Below, piece after piece: positions 12,056 to 25,639 of a stretch of 52,208 nt of DNA. This stretch comes from Piedraia hortae CBS 480.64 (taxonomy: Eukaryota). The stretch spans positions 1 to 52,208 of the forward strand of contig MU006032.1 of assembly GCA_010093745.1 (NCBI GenBank). Reading direction: 5' to 3'. A model generated the notes under the pieces. It ran no database searches. It was not told the origin of the DNA and was given only the letters and a program-made list of their open reading frames with translations. Each line of letters begins with the position of its first letter. The stretch's first letter is position 1. The position numbers and the translations under genes were made by a program.

Positions 12056-12357
12056 TTTCAGAAGGATGTGGCACCTAACATGAACAGAACTGTACATAGA
12101 AGTCGAAACTCCTCAGGGTTCTTACCTCTACAGAGGAAGTTTTCCCTGAGGCGGGCCATTGTCTCGTTCATGCTTAAGGGCATGGTTTTCTGACGTTGTC
12201 CTGGCGAATGTGGCTAAACTGCGGTAGTGTGGAGAAGGTTTCGAACCTCACCTCAAGTAGGAATATTCTACGTACACCTTTTGGTCAGAGTTGAGTACAC
12301 ATATTTGTCCTTGATCTACGTTCTGCTTTAGTCCTCAGAGGCTCACCCCCTCCGACA
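12056..12357 (+). mobile_element. solo LTR family A (~300 bp), 5' TG eroded
   Basis: Colinear with 46483-46781 and the reverse complement of 28415-28721; ends CCTCCGACA; no clear TSD. Confidence 0.85.
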
Positions 12358-13205
12358 GAACCTTATTTTTGACTTTTACTTCCTCTCGGTTGATTATTTA
12401 CTACCCGATGCGGCAATTCCCCAAGTTCTGATATTGTCCACGATTGTATCTGCAACATTTCCCGGCAGAGTGGACGTCCGAACTTCCTCAGCAAGCTTGG
12501 TGACGCGCATCGCTTGGAGCATTAGGACGCCCCGCTCATCGCGTGCTCTTATACTACGGCCCACTCGCCAAGACCAGAACAATGTTCATAGCACTCCAAC
12601 TGTTAGGAGGCACTCAATCCCGATTATCGCCTTCAAAACATCGGCGCAGTGAGTCTGCAGACATATTAGCTGACTATCGAGTGCAATTTAGGGATATGAG
12701 CAACATCCCTTTGATATTGATGGCATAATCATCACCCAGTTAGCGTAACGAGGTTGTTGTGAATTCTTGGAGATGTGGTAAAGCTGTGATGAGGTTGTGA
12801 TGTGGAAGTGCGGTGGACAATACAAATTTGGTGGAGGTTAGTTTGATTTGACCAATCTCTTCGGAGTCCCGGCGGTTGGCTTTGGTGGGGCTAAGTGCTT
12901 ACTTCAACTCCATAGTCATGTCATTGTTTGAGATTCCTTTCCCCATCCTGAATCGACAATTGACACGACACTTGCATGTCGTCTGTTGGACCGAGCTCCA
13001 CACCGACTACACCCCATCGCGAACCACTTCCCGCGTTCATAACGTTGCGAGTATGATCATAACTCATAAAAGAACTTTTAAAGGGACATAGCCTGGAAAC
13101 TCCTGAGCATTGGCTACGTGCCCGTATCAACGAGGCTTATGCCAAAGCTATATCAGCCTTGACCCGACTCGGTATCACCGACAACGAGACGCTATTGTCC
13201 TTTCC

Positions 13206-13323
13206 AGTTAAAGCAGACGAACTGATAGTGTGAGTACACTAAGACATAAATAATTGCATGGTTATGTATCCTGCATACATGAAAGGAGTTGTTCATGGTC
13301 ATCACCAGACACATCCTTCAACT
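13206..13323. mobile_element. 118-bp element with AGTT...AACT termini (copy 1)
   Basis: Colinear with 44361-44480; imperfect terminal inverted repeat; TSD degraded. Confidence 0.75.
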
Positions 13324-14007
13324 TCTTCTCTGTCCCCGGACAGTTAATGGCTTAATGGTATTCAGGTTCTATCATCATCAATGAAAAGACTTGCGGCATC
13401 GCGTTGGCCAACCTCTTGGATCTTCGTCACCTCCGTAAACAATGACTGCAGATGGTCTTAGCACTTGCCGGCACTCAAGCCACATGCGACCATCCAAATA
13501 TGTCCACATCATCCCCGTGCCGGTCTTGTTTAACTTTGCCTTAGATGACGCTGCTCCGAAGCACGCTGCCCGTTTTGCCTTGACCTAAGCATAGAAACCG
13601 AGATCTTGCAGCCTACTAGGTCGATATCTTGCATGTTGCTCCGCGACGAGCTTTCATAAGGGCTTGAATCTCATTGCAAATACACGAGTTTTGCAGAGGC
13701 TATCCGGGTCTTTCAAAAAGATGTTTTATCTGCAGCTAGCTTGAGCACTTCGACGTCAGCGACAATCAACATCCCTGCCTCAAACACCTGATTCACAAAA
13801 GCACAGATCACGTGCAAAGTATCACCATCCCGAATGAATCTAGCGCCGGAACTCACGCAGTGACCACGTCTCCACCCCTTTAGTGCGATACAACGCCCTC
13901 GTTCCACAACAACGCGACACCACACCTTCCGAAAGCAGCTAGCGCTGTAATCGACGCAATGGCCAACTCGCCCCACCCAAACTCTCTCTCCCTCCCACAA
14001 CAAGAAA

Positions 14008-15141
14008 ATGCCACTGGACCGAAAGTCTTTATCAACAAGTCTCAAGAACAAATTCTCCAGGTTCATGAATTCAATCAAGCGAAAGGAGAAACAGCTGCGA
14101 AGCCCTCATGGGGTCCGTGACTGCTATATGACAAAACGGATGCTCCATCGGCAGCATTATAACTCTCTTGTGGAGCATCTGGCACCGCCGGCGCGTCCGC
14201 CGCGGCTTTCGTCAGTTTGGGGTGTTGAACAGTTGTCCACTCCGCAGAGGGGTGTTGTCAAGGAGTCAAGAGATCCTTTGGGGGTTCAGGAGGAGACAGC
14301 GGCTAGAAAGAGAAGTGAGGAGGGGAGTTTGGACGGCTTGCAGGCGGCATGGTCGGCCCGTCTTCCGCGACTCACGTCGCAGCTCGAGATTTATCAAGCG
14401 ATGACTTTGCGGAAAGGGACTGGAGATCAGGAATATGTGAGTGGTGTTGGTTGTGGAAAACAGAGTGCTTCGTTTGTGAGACAGACAACGTTGCGGACCC
14501 ATCCGCATAGGTGTCGGCTGTATACTTCGCGGACCTGGGAAGAATCGTTAGGCATCGGGGCCACGAGGGATCTCCCGACGGGTCAGCACATCACGAGTAT
14601 CGGTAGCGGGGTAACAGGGAGTTTGCATGGTCCACGAACAGAGATGAAGCCGTGCGACAGCTACATGACTGAGTGAATGCTGCTTTGCCAGCATCATAAT
14701 TCGGTGGTTGAGGAAGTAGTGACCGCTCCGCCGAGAGCGCCGAACCGTGTGGCGGTGCCAAGGGTCAGTCGAGTGTTTGCCTTGCACGACTTACTGGTAG
14801 AGGACACTGCACGGGCTTCGATAGGCTACATGAGTACTCAAAACGATATGACTGTTGATGGCGATGAAGAAGAAGAGAGAACGATGGATGGGCCAATGAT
14901 GAACACTGTAACGTCGCCACGAGCGTCTGTGGTGTCACTCTTCAGTCAAATTCGCAGTGTGTATATCGAGACTGCACAGCGTGTTGAGGTGACGAGAGTT
15001 GAGGCCAGGGTCGTGAAGGTAGGGAAGGAGAAAAGGCAGATGGGGAGAGCGCACGCAACGGTTGACAAATGTGGCGGTGAATGTTCTTCGCGTCTTTCCA
15101 ATGTGGCGAGTAGGAGACATCAGACTGAGCAGTTCCCGTAG
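14008..15141 (+). pseudogene. lineage-specific protein gene with one in-frame TGA (14674-14676); paralog of 28971-29489
   Basis: ORFs 14008-14676 and 14677-15141 share a frame; N-terminal MPL.RK..KRK and C-terminal VT.PRAS motifs are shared with the paralog. Confidence 0.6.
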
Positions 15142-16663
15142 ACCGCGCGCGGCTGTCTGTTTTGTTTTTCGTTGTATTACCTTGAGGTTTAACTCTTGAC
15201 GCTGAAGACTCTGTCAATAGTAGATGAAAAGCAGCATTGGTCCCGCGGGATCGCGCATTATCGCCGACGAGTGACAGACATTTATGCTTAACTGTAAGCT
15301 GATATTTCCCATTTTTCTTGGAGTAGCCCTTCCCCGAACCCTACGCTACTCAACTCATTCACCTGAGCCATCGTCGCAACCTTTCATCTAATCATTTTCT
15401 CCGATCACGATACCCTGAGCGCAAGCCATCCACTCATATACGCTAATCCTACCACAAAAAACTCCTCGTTTAGTATTCTATCCCCCCTCCATTCCGACCC
15501 CCATCCTCCGCTAATGCCTTACGTATATCTCTAATCCAGCCCTGGCAATCATCTACACCCCCCAGCATCTTCGCCGCAAGTGCCTTTCTCCCCTTCTCAA
15601 TCGTCAGCTTCTTTCTATACCACCCAGCAAACAACAGAAACACAACAATCATCACCATACAATGTCCCTGTGTCACTTGCTGAAATCCGTCGAAGGCCCC
15701 GTCATCATTGGCATAGCGACATACGGGGTCTGATCAATTGCTATGTGCCTTTAAACCGTGATCTAAGGACCGGTAACAGTCCTCACGACCAGAGAGGCTA
15801 TACGTGTCTTCGTCACCGTTGTCGTGGAAACGATGGAGCCGACGTGCGGCGGGGATCAAACATTATACTGTGCATGCCACTGACGAGTGTGCGCGGGCCG
15901 AGGAGAGTGCTGAGGATGAATGGCGAAGATGAGGGAGCTGCACATGACAACGGGGTTCTGTACAAATGCGAGAAGGGCGTCCATTGTGTTGTTATGGAAA
16001 TGGAGATGCGGAGAGAGGGGTTTAGAAGGAAATGGAAGAGGAAGAAAAGGAGGAGGGAAACATCAGGTTTATACGTGAGTAAATTGTAGTGACTTGGATG
16101 AGATTGAGGGACTTCTACTTAAGGGACAATGAGCGGTGAGATTTTTCACTCAGGCCAGCTTCCTTGCGCTTGTGGGCTGCGTTTGGAGGTGAAGCGTTTT
16201 GGGGAAGATAAGTGGCAGGACAAGAGTCATGAATTGTGATTTCGGCTGAGAATGGGGATTAAGCAGCCGCGGGTAGCCCTATGGGCACCGTCAAAGCGCT
16301 GTAAAGTGGAAGGTAACTCACAAATCCTGATTTCTCGCACATCCATGCTCTGGCCCCATATCACATGCTATGGCCTCGGCTTCGATTTCACAGCTTTTGC
16401 TATTATTGGGGGGTGTTCAGCCTTTCGTACTCTTGTTTGACATGGATATCAGTTGGAAATTTCGCCTCTTCTATATGACATACGATACCAATACATGATT
16501 GTGTCCCTGACTGACTAGCGGAAATTTTCAGATTTGCCCAAAAGTAACAGTCTTTGCAGTGTATTGAGTCATGCTAAGGCGTTTATATCATGGTTTGAAG
16601 AGTGATAGGGCATCGAGAGGTAGATTTCAAGCAAGAAACAGAACCAATTATTGCGTGACTATC

Positions 16664-18176
16664 CTAAAACTCAACCAAGAATGAAGGTTTTCCAAGTCCA
16701 TCCAAAGAGAGGCTGATCAAAGAAGCACACCACAACCGTCCTTCAAACCACCATGGAAAGACTCGTCCACTTCCCGAGTCACCCTTCTTATCTGTAGTTG
16801 GAATTGCCGCTCGCTCAGCTTCATTCATAACATCACAGCCAGAATTATCATTCACGCCAACCTTTTGACCACCCTTATAATGCTTTGTTCCGAAGTAGTA
16901 TGCTTTGTCATTCGCATACACATATTGGACCCGATACTTGCCTGCCTTGTCGCCGTTCTGAAAAAGTTCTCCTTCCGAGAATGATCGACATCTCCACAAT
17001 AGGGCGTGTCCACGATCAGTTGTCAGAGTTTCATTTGAATCTTTCCCCGCTGTAGAATGCCATGGGATAACTGTACGCTTCGTAGAATCGTTAGCCTGGA
17101 ATATCGAAGGGGTTGGGATATTCTTACCATTTTGACCATATGCAGTCACTCCCTCGCCGCCGGCGCGTGTCTGACTTGCATACCATTGCATGGTATGTTT
17201 GATTTTCCCAACATGGAGAGGCGTCTCCCCACAATAGACAATTCTGCTCGTGTCTACGATGGGAACTGGACAAAAGGTTGCCGGCGCTTGACTTGTGGTC
17301 GATGGGGTTGCAAACTTTGTCTTGATTCTGTGCTGGCTCGAGGTTTTGTGAGTTTGAGTAGATTTTAGGGTCCAGGCTTGTGCGTTCCTGTAGGCTTCGC
17401 CGGTTCATCGGTTTGATGTGGTGCGTTGGAGTTATGCGGCCCATGGGTTTGATGCGTGTTACGGCAAGGCTGTGTGTGCGCGGGACGACCCGCGCCGCCT
17501 AAGCGCACAGAGAATTTGATACACCAACGCGCCCTGCTAGTTATTCATAGCTACGCTGGCTACCACGCGTGTATGGACGGCGCTTCTGGATTGGTGTATA
17601 GTATCCTAGATTCCCAGTAGATAGCAGTTTGGATTGTCCTCGTTGTTAGGACTTATTGAACCTTTCCCTCTGAGCACCGTAACAATGCGGTTCAATGGGC
17701 GCATAATCTGTCTGGAGTGCGGGTGTTGCTTCTACGTGCGGGCCTATTGAGACATGTGGCCCTTAATGCTTTTGCGGGCCTGTAGGTTTGTGCGGCTTAT
17801 CAGTTTCATGTGGTGCAATGGATTCATGCGGCTCATCAGTCTTATGTGGTGCGTTGGAATTATGTGGTTCATGGGACTAATGCGGTTCTTTGGGAGTATG
17901 ATCGATTTGGGGGCCATGCTGTCCACCGGGTGCGAGTGTTGATTGTTCATGCGGGCCAGTTGGGACATGCAATGTGGTCACATGCGGAAGCTCAGAATGC
18001 GACGCTGTTGGGTGCGGCTTTGGGTGGAGCAAGTAGCCGCCCATCCGTTCATCTGGAGTCGGGTCCGGGTTCTCAGCAAGGTTGCGTGAGTCCAGCTCAT
18101 TTTTCGGTCCAGCCGGTGCGGCACTGCCGAAAAATATGAATAATATTAAAGGGATGAGTAACGTAGACGTGAGCAT
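16664..18176 (-). pseudogene. secreted His/Pro-repeat protein with C-terminal RNase T1/N1-like domain, inactivated
   Basis: Signal peptide MLTSTLLIPLILFIFFGSA; PH-rich repeats; CPVP..IVYCG and AGKYRVQY..AYYFGTKH..GC motifs; stops at 17877-17879 and 17763-17765, frameshift near 17365, LTR insertion. Confidence 0.65.
17457..17684. mobile_element. solo LTR (228 bp, gypsy-like ends)
   Basis: Perfect 8-bp terminal inverted repeat TGTTACGG/CCGTAACA and exact TSD ATGCG. Confidence 0.92.
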
Positions 18177-18989
18177 GGTGAACGAGTGCTTGAGGAGGTT
18201 GAGACCTTGGAGCTGATGAAGTTATGATGAATGAAAGTGAAGATGGCAGTCTTTCAGCTGGACATAAATCCATCATGAGAAACCCACGTCGAGGCAGCAG
18301 TTAGGGATCGAGAACATACCACTCATTCAAGTGAAACTCCGTGTTGGTCGAAGCTGTGTTGGCACTTCTTGATGCTATGGCACAACGATGGGCTGCCAAC
18401 TGTGGTATTATGTTCAGCCGATGTTGTCTTCGAGATATACAACAAACTCCACCAACAAGTGCACATGTCTCCAGATAGTCGTTGCCAAGGCTCAAGGTAA
18501 CGTTGCTTTTCCGGTACGTAGTTATTGTTGACCAGGGGTACTTGAAGTTGAGGTGGCTCAGTAAATACGTGGTCGAGCTTCGTGAGAGTCTCTGATACCT
18601 GCCCCGACGAGTGGGGATCACTATGATCAACTGTACGCACCCTGCGTAATTCCACCTAGGCTGTGGTTGGACCCTAATCCAGGTCAGCGAGCTGATTCAA
18701 TGATATATAGAGCTACTATTGCTAGACCAAGGACATCACAACCTCAAGCCCTTGCGTGACTAAGCCTCCCTAATCTCTGCGGTAGTAGCCAAACTCAGCC
18801 CTACTTCTGTGCTTTACGAACTCGTAAACAATGCCCTCGATAGCGAAATCATCTTATACCATCAAGCCAGCACTCTTAACAAATCGCACACACAAGCCCC
18901 CAAAGAAAAGATATCCATTAAACGCATTACATTTTCAATCCTACATCCCTCCAACTTACACCGCATCAACTCCCCCCTCACCCATGGAT

Positions 18990-21900
18990 CTACCTCAACG
19001 AAACCCCCGACTGATCCGTAAACATCCTCGTAGCAAGATTCATGGCTGCGAGCTCCTGAAACAATAACTTTGCCGCATACGGAATAATAACCTGCGCAAT
19101 TTTCGATCTGTTCTGACAAGATCTGCACTCAATATCCTTCTCCTCTAGCTTCGCAACCGGTGTCATAAGCCCACAAATTTCGCAGACATGGACACGGAAC
19201 GCGTCAGAGACGTCGAGGAGGCGTTCTTTGAGGAAAGCTGATGCGCCGTGGGAGATCATGCAGTCGCGTTCCATCTCTCCGAAACGGAGACCGCCGTCGC
19301 GGGCGCGGCCTTCGACGGGTTGGCGGGTCAGGATTTGTAGGGGACCGCGGGCGCGAGCGTGGATTTTGTCGTCGACCATGTGGCGGAGACGTTGGTAGTA
19401 GGTTGGTCCAAGGAAGATTTGGGCCTGGAGTTTGCGGCCCGTGTGGCCATTGTACATGATTTCTAAGCCACGCTTTTGGAAGCCAAAGGATTCGAGGAGC
19501 TCGGAGATGTTGGTGATTGTGACGTCGGTGAAGGGCGTTGCGTCGCCTTCTTGGCCGGTGAGGGCGGCGACTTTGGAGAGGAGGCACTCGATTAGATGGG
19601 CAATGGTCATACGGGAGGGGATGGCGTGTGGGTTGATGATGATGTCTGGTGTGAGACCGGACATGGTGAATGGCATGTCTTCTTGGCGGTAGGTAATGCC
19701 TATGGTTCCTTTTTGGCCGTGACGAGAGGCAAACTTGTCACCAATTTGGGGCACTTTGGTGGTGCGTGTGCGGACTTTGACGAAGCGGGCACCCTCGGTG
19801 GCAGCGGTAAGCAACACCTGGTCGACGATGCCGTGCTCGGTACTCTTTAGGGGTGTGGAAACGTCCCTCTGTGTCTGCATCTCCGTTCGCTGTCCGGCTT
19901 CCTTGGAGTCGGGCGCAAGGGGAGCCACCTTTCCGATGATGATGTCGTCTCCCGAGACACGCATTCCGGGACTGATGATGCCGTCGTCGTCGAGCTTGTC
20001 GTATGTACCCCTTTTCATCTTGGCCGTAGTTGCGCGCGTAGGTTTCTCAAACCTTTCAACCGTGCCCATGCCTATACGCTTCTCCACATCGAGATAGGAG
20101 CGGTAGTAGAGGGATCGGAAGAGGCCGCGGTCAATGGCAGACTGGTTCATGATGATTGAGTCTTCTTGGTTGTAGCCCGTGTAGCAGGCAATGGCCACGA
20201 TGGCGTTCTGGCCAGCCGGAAGCTCTCTGAACTTGAGGTACTCCATTGACCGCGTTGTTGCCAGCGGCTTCTGGGGGTAGTATAGCACATTGGCCATGGT
20301 GTCCATGCGGACGGGATAGTTGGTGAGGGTCACTCCCATGGCTTGTTTACCCATGGCAGATTGGTAGGTATTACGGGGTGACTGATTATGGTCAGGGAAG
20401 GGGATGATGGAAGCGCAGACACCAAGTATCATGGCAGGATGGATCTCGCAGTGTGTCCAGGTTCGCACGGTGGGATTAGGAGGAGCCTTGATACGACGAT
20501 GGGGATCGTCCTTGTTGGCCTCTTCAACGTACTGACCGGCGCGAGCATATCGCCATTCTTCCAGGTCGTCTGGAGTCATGATGATCATGGCAGACTCTTC
20601 TTCCTCGGCATCGAGGAACTCGACCACACCGGCCTCGACCAGACCCTGCCAGCCAAACGTGTTCTCCTGTTTCTGCTCTTCGCTGAGCCCCTGGCCTTCC
20701 ATTTGTGACATGATGGCCATGTCAGCGTGGAGGTTGTCAATGTGTTCTCGCTTAATGGCGAGGTATCCCTCTTTTTCTACAACAAACAGCGGACGACAGA
20801 TGCGTCCGGCATCGGTGAAGAGTTTGATCTCCCGAGCCCGGGGATCGCGAATGATGGTAACTTCGGCTCCAATCAAGTTTGACCGCCGCAGGTTCTTGAG
20901 AGTGTTGGCCAGCCGGCCTCCATCTGTGTGGACGCCAACCCAGGTGCCGTTGAGGAAGACCTTTGTGGCATCGGGGTTCAGAACGACATTGTATTCCTCG
21001 AGCAGCTCCATTCCGTCCTGCCGCATGAACTCAATCAGCGGCGTTCCGGGGGTTCCTACAGACACGAAACACATAAGAGCGAGGTTCTTGACAAGCCCAC
21101 AGGCTTGGCCTTCTGGGGTCTCTGCGGGACAGACAAGGCCCCAGTGTGTGTTGTGCAGCTGCCTGGGCTTGGCAATCTTGCCATCGCGTCCTATGGGAGT
21201 GTTTGTGCGCCGCAAATGGGACAGCGTGGAGGCATAAGTGTAGCGGTTCAGCACCTGGCTGACGCCGGCCTTTGCATTGGCCGCTTTCTTCTGGTCGCCC
21301 CAGTTGCCCGTGGCTAAACAGTAGCGGAGGCCATTGGAGATGATTTGGGACTTTACGCCCACTGCCACGTTGAACTCGCTGTCTTTATCCACAATCTTGT
21401 GCAGATGATTACGGATATCTTTGACCAGCTGGGCAAACTTCAGCCTGAACATCTGCGCCATCAGAGGCCCGGCGAGGTCCAGCCGCTTCTTGCCAAAATG
21501 GTCACGGTCGTCTTCATCGGCGCGGCCAAGCTGCACTTGCAAAAGTCTGTTGACCATGTAGCCAAGGAAGAAGGCCTTGCGCGTCTCCGAGCCCTCTTCC
21601 TGGGAAATGTGCGGTAGAAACTCCTTTTGAAGCACGGCTCTCGCGTGTTTGATGCGTTTGTCTGCGGAATTCGCTGCCTGGCTGCGACGACCAATGTAGT
21701 CCAGGGCCTGACTGCGCTCCTGGACCGCAAAGGCGTCTTCCAGACACGGCTTCAGCAGCTCCAGCATCTGCGTGTCGTCTTTCTTGCAGATGTGGTTCAG
21801 AATGTCCTCGTCCGACACGATTCCCAGCGCGCGGAAGACGACAATTACCGGCACGTCGGCCTTGATGCCCGGCAGCGTGACTTTGATCACGCGCCCAACG

Positions 21901-22748
21901 TTGCCGCCGGCGGAGCCCCGCTCAAACAGCTTCACCTGCGTTGTCGAGATTAGCCGGCTGCCCTTTTCGATGGCCGACCGGATCTCAGCCACGACGGGAG
22001 TCGGCGACTGTTTCTTGCGGAACACCTGCACAATGTTGGCCGCGCTCCTCTCTTGCGCAATCAGCACCTTCTCGGAGCCATTGATGATGAAATAGCCGCC
22101 CTGGTCGAACGGACACTCCTGAAAAGCGTGCAACTCTTGTTCAGATCGGTTCCTCAAGATACAGATCTTAGACTTTAGCATGATCGGCAGGCGTCCAATG
22201 AAGACGCCGGGCTCGACCCGGGGTTCGGCAAAATCCGGATCAACCTCCCACACAGTCTCTACTTCCTCGCCGTCCCAGTCTGGCGGCGGGTGCCAGAACC
22301 CCGACGAATCTTGCACCGCTCCGGCCGGCCGCTCCTTGGCCAGGTGGGACTGCGTCTTGAAATCCAGGTAGAGGGGCGCTGCGTAGGTCAAGTTCCGCAG
22401 GCGCGCCTCGTGTGGGTATAGCGGTCGTACCTGACCATCCGTCTCAACGATTGACGCCTGCGAGATCATTGGCTCGACCATCTCAACCTGCCACCGCCGC
22501 TTCACAATCTTCTGGCCATGGCCATCGTCCTCATTCCCGATGCGCTTGTCAAGTATAATCATATCATGCTCCTTGACAATTTGCTGCATGGTCACTCCCG
22601 CGAACTCGTCAAACGAGTCCAGCTGCTGCGACACAAGGCCCTTGTCGGCGAAGAAAGACGAAATCACCGTCCAGCAATCCTCTGACGTGATGGTCGGCGA
22701 CACCCCCTCCTCCTCTTCCATCATCATTTCGTCGTCTGTTTGCGACAT
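18990..22748 (-). CDS. RPB2: RNA polymerase II second-largest subunit; intronless
   Basis: [58 protein letters not shown]-terminal Zn ribbon; likely start MSQTDDEM at 22748. Confidence 0.99.
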   Translation of the reverse strand: MSQTDDEMMMEEEEGVSPTITSEDCWTVISSFFADKGLVSQQLDSFDEFAGVTMQQIVKEHDMIILDKRIGNEDDGHGQKIVKRRWQVEMVEPMISQASIVETDGQVRPLYPHEARLRNLTYAAPLYLDFKTQSHLAKERPAGAVQDSSGFWHPPPDWDGEEVETVWEVDPDFAEPRVEPGVFIGRLPIMLKSKICILRNRSEQELHAFQECPFDQGGYFIINGSEKVLIAQERSAANIVQVFRKKQSPTPVVAEIRSAIEKGSRLISTTQVKLFERGSAGGNVGRVIKVTLPGIKADVPVIVVFRALGIVSDEDILNHICKKDDTQMLELLKPCLEDAFAVQERSQALDYIGRRSQAANSADKRIKHARAVLQKEFLPHISQEEGSETRKAFFLGYMVNRLLQVQLGRADEDDRDHFGKKRLDLAGPLMAQMFRLKFAQLVKDIRNHLHKIVDKDSEFNVAVGVKSQIISNGLRYCLATGNWGDQKKAANAKAGVSQVLNRYTYASTLSHLRRTNTPIGRDGKIAKPRQLHNTHWGLVCPAETPEGQACGLVKNLALMCFVSVGTPGTPLIEFMRQDGMELLEEYNVVLNPDATKVFLNGTWVGVHTDGGRLANTLKNLRRSNLIGAEVTIIRDPRAREIKLFTDAGRICRPLFVVEKEGYLAIKREHIDNLHADMAIMSQMEGQGLSEEQKQENTFGWQGLVEAGVVEFLDAEEEESAMIIMTPDDLEEWRYARAGQYVEEANKDDPHRRIKAPPNPTVRTWTHCEIHPAMILGVCASIIPFPDHNQSPRNTYQSAMGKQAMGVTLTNYPVRMDTMANVLYYPQKPLATTRSMEYLKFRELPAGQNAIVAIACYTGYNQEDSIIMNQSAIDRGLFRSLYYRSYLDVEKRIGMGTVERFEKPTRATTAKMKRGTYDKLDDDGIISPGMRVSGDDIIIGKVAPLAPDSKEAGQRTEMQTQRDVSTPLKSTEHGIVDQVLLTAATEGARFVKVRTRTTKVPQIGDKFASRHGQKGTIGITYRQEDMPFTMSGLTPDIIINPHAIPSRMTIAHLIECLLSKVAALTGQEGDATPFTDVTITNISELLESFGFQKRGLEIMYNGHTGRKLQAQIFLGPTYYQRLRHMVDDKIHARARGPLQILTRQPVEGRARDGGLRFGEMERDCMISHGASAFLKERLLDVSDAFRVHVCEICGLMTPVAKLEEKDIECRSCQNRSKIAQVIIPYAAKLLFQELAAMNLATRMFTDQSGVSLR

Positions 22749-23258
22749 TTTGCCAACCGTTGCCGTTGTGGGTTTTGCGCGTGGCGGTGTTGGCGTGTCG
22801 TTGGAAGCCCGACGTTGGAATGCGCCAAAAGGTTTGGCGCCGGGCCGGCCCGACCATCCCCGCGTCAGGGTCCCGAACGTCGCCCCACGTTTGAGAATCA
22901 CGCAACTTGTGATGTACGGTGACAGCGTTGCATCGCTTTGATAGAACCTGTCGTCTTTCCCTCGATAACGACGCAGAAGTAGTGACCGTCTCAGTCACGC
23001 CCACTGCGGGATCTTGAGACTCATCAGTCTCGACAGCTAGCCTACTTAGTACCCAATAATACAACGTTGACAGTCGGCAGCGACAGACCCAAAGATTTGC
23101 AGTCAAAGTTGACGATTACTTAAGAGTGACCAAACATTCATGACCATGTGCCCATCAACTTCCCTTAGTCTTGTGGAGTGTTTTGCCCTGGTGCGGCCGT
23201 TGACAGCCACCCCACTTGGCGCAACCGACCCATGACGTCGCTGGAGCACAACAGCACA

Positions 23259-25031
23259 ATGTCGGCGAACTCCACGGTACCAAATCGCGGACCGAGTGTT
23301 CTGGTAAGCTGGTCTGCGTTCTCATAAGATCCCAGGCTTACGGTGAAGGTCACGGATGCGCGCGAATCGTGGCAGAAGAAGGCAGCTGCTCCGAACCCGG
23401 CTAACACCTCGCGGCTCACGGTGGACAGCGTGCTGCAGTATGCCACCGACATACCCTCAGCACAGCGGCGGGGAGCCCCGACGATGCGGCCGCAGCTTCG
23501 GGCCCGACAACCGAGCGGTCCCGTGCGAGGACCAACAAGTCGACCAGCCAGTGGCCCGGCAGCCACCACGGGGGCGGCGAACCTGCCAGCGCGAACCAGC
23601 AAGACCAGCGAGAAGCTTGTACTGCTGCCGGAGACGGCCGAGGAGACCGAAAGCGATGGTGACGATTCCGACGCGGACGAGGAGCGCGGTCCGCCAACGG
23701 ACGAGACGTTGAATAGGAGACGGCAGGCATCAGCTAACCGCAGGGGGAAGAGCACGGCAGAGCGACTGCCCAAGAGCCTACGAATAGCGGACGCACATCT
23801 GGCGCGCGTCACGGCCTACTGCACATCGCAATCGCACTGGCTTGAGGCCACGGCGCGCTTCGTCAAGGAGCAGCACGGCGCGCGCACCAAGCTTTACGAC
23901 GACTGTCTCTACTGCGTCTACCAGCTGCCACTGCTGGGCGGCAATGATGGCTACCGCGTGCGCAGCAGTCCTGCCGTCCGCAGCGCCGGTGGCCGTAGCG
24001 TGCTGGACGAGCAGATTGAAGCCAACGAGCGGCGCGAGTACCGCGAGGGCTGGCATGAGGAGAGCGATGAATATTCTGTGCCAAACGAGTCCGGCGGGGA
24101 GAGCAAGGAAAGCGACACGCGCCGAGAAGACCTGGTCAGAGAGTGGAAAAGCAGACAAACGCACCAACCAGCAGCTAGAGACGGCAGGATGGTGGCCGAG
24201 ATGTTTGTGTTCAAATACGGCGTCGTTGTTCTTTGGCATTTTTCCCTCAACCAAGAGAAAGACATTCTCGCCGACCTGACCTTTTCAACCATAGCCCACG
24301 TCCAGCCCGGCGCACGCAGTCGTGCATTGGCTACCCAGCGCAGCCTTATGCGCCATCCGCTCGAAGAAGACGAGTTTGAAACGGAAGAGTTCCACTTCGA
24401 ATACGACGCCTCGTGCGAGAAGCCGCGCATCTTCAACGATATGATCACCCTCCGTACATCAGACCATATGATCAAGCTGGCCATGTCGCATGCCATTGCC
24501 CAGAGCACAAAGCTCAACTATTTCGAAGAGCGCATGCAGCGCACCATGGCCGAGGCGCAATGGGTCCCTAAACACCTAGCCCTGCAGGGCAAACTGGGCA
24601 TGTCCAGGAAGGAAGTCGTGGCGCTTGTAGGTCGATTGTTTGAAGGCAGAGTTGATGTCAATCTCTGTAAGTTTGCTAACAAAGTACTCACGGGAGCATG
24701 CTGACTTGAATGGCAAATAGCATCAAACATGCTTGACACACCGACATTTCTTTGGGACAGCGAGCCAATGCTTCATCCCCTCTACGCGGCGGTGAGGGAA
24801 TACCTTGAGATCAAACCCAGGATCCAGGTGCTCAACGAACGATGTCGTGTCTTCCTCGACCTCGCTGAGATGCTGTCGGATTCAATTGCCGACACCAAGA
24901 TGACCCGCATCACGTGGATTATCATATTCCTCATTGTTCTGTCTATTTTAGTTACTGTTGGGGAGAGCGTCCTCAGGTTTGGCATGTTGGCTTCTGGGAA
25001 GGCGGCAAATGGGAGTCGGGATCAGTTTTAG
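23259..25031 (+). CDS. DUF155 RMD1/RMD8 (Sad1-interacting factor) family protein; introns 23304-23348 and 24667-24720
   Basis: RVTAYCT, EMFVFKYGVVVLW, PRIFNDMITL, AMSHAIAQSTKL, YLEIKPRIQVLNERC, C-terminal TM; GT..AG introns restore the frame; in-frame ATG also at 23232. Confidence 0.9.
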
Positions 25032-25639
25032 CGATTGTACTGTACACATCAACTAGTCAGGCGTAGATGGATCGAGGAGCCATCCTCAAAGGCTGCTGGC
25101 CACATCAAAAACTGGAGGATTCCATACTATTCATGTGAATGTACATACACCCCCTATCATATTACGACCAAGACGTCCAGCCAAGGAGAAATTCCCAACA
25201 GCCATAAATCTTTGGCGTAACCAGGGCAAGAGATGCCGCCAAGGCCGATTGACAACCTTCCAACTTCCAATGCACCAAATTTCCAGAAGTTAAGGCTATA
25301 ATCACACATCTGACGGCGGCTGTCCGACGAGTCCATCCATTATGAGTCCTTTTCCCCGATGACAGCACTCACACATTTGATCAGAAGACCGGGATGTTGC
25401 TCTATCCATACATTTGCCACCAACGATTACCTCATATCCATCTGCATCTGTCCTGTCCCTGTTGTCAAATTCCGTCTATCGCTTCGTCCTCTTCGGGGTG
25501 CTGCGCACTCCCATCAACAAAAGCCTTATCGCTACTGAGGAGCCAGCTACCTAAGGCTGCTCTTCCAGCCACTGATATCTTATCATCAGGTCATGGCAGA
25601 CTCTCATTGATCTTCTGCAAAACAACGAGAGTTTGATAC

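Noticed and set aside
12056..12357. Structured LTR repeats as hammerhead-ribozyme retrozymes or snRNA copies
   Set aside because: No CUGANGA...GAAA core with three stems and no snRNA motifs; TG..CA ends and 5-bp TSDs identify LTRs
15470..15985. Possible small membrane-protein gene on the minus strand
   Set aside because: Fragmented across frames with no recognisable homology
17690..17960. Repeat array resembling CRISPR or a satellite
   Set aside because: Eukaryotic locus; the repeats are degenerate codons of a His/Pro-rich coding region
19204..22941. Many overlapping or antisense ORFs in RPB2 and other GC-rich genes; N-terminal extension of RPB2 to 22901
   Set aside because: Shadow ORFs from codon bias; the extension begins at a non-ATG codon
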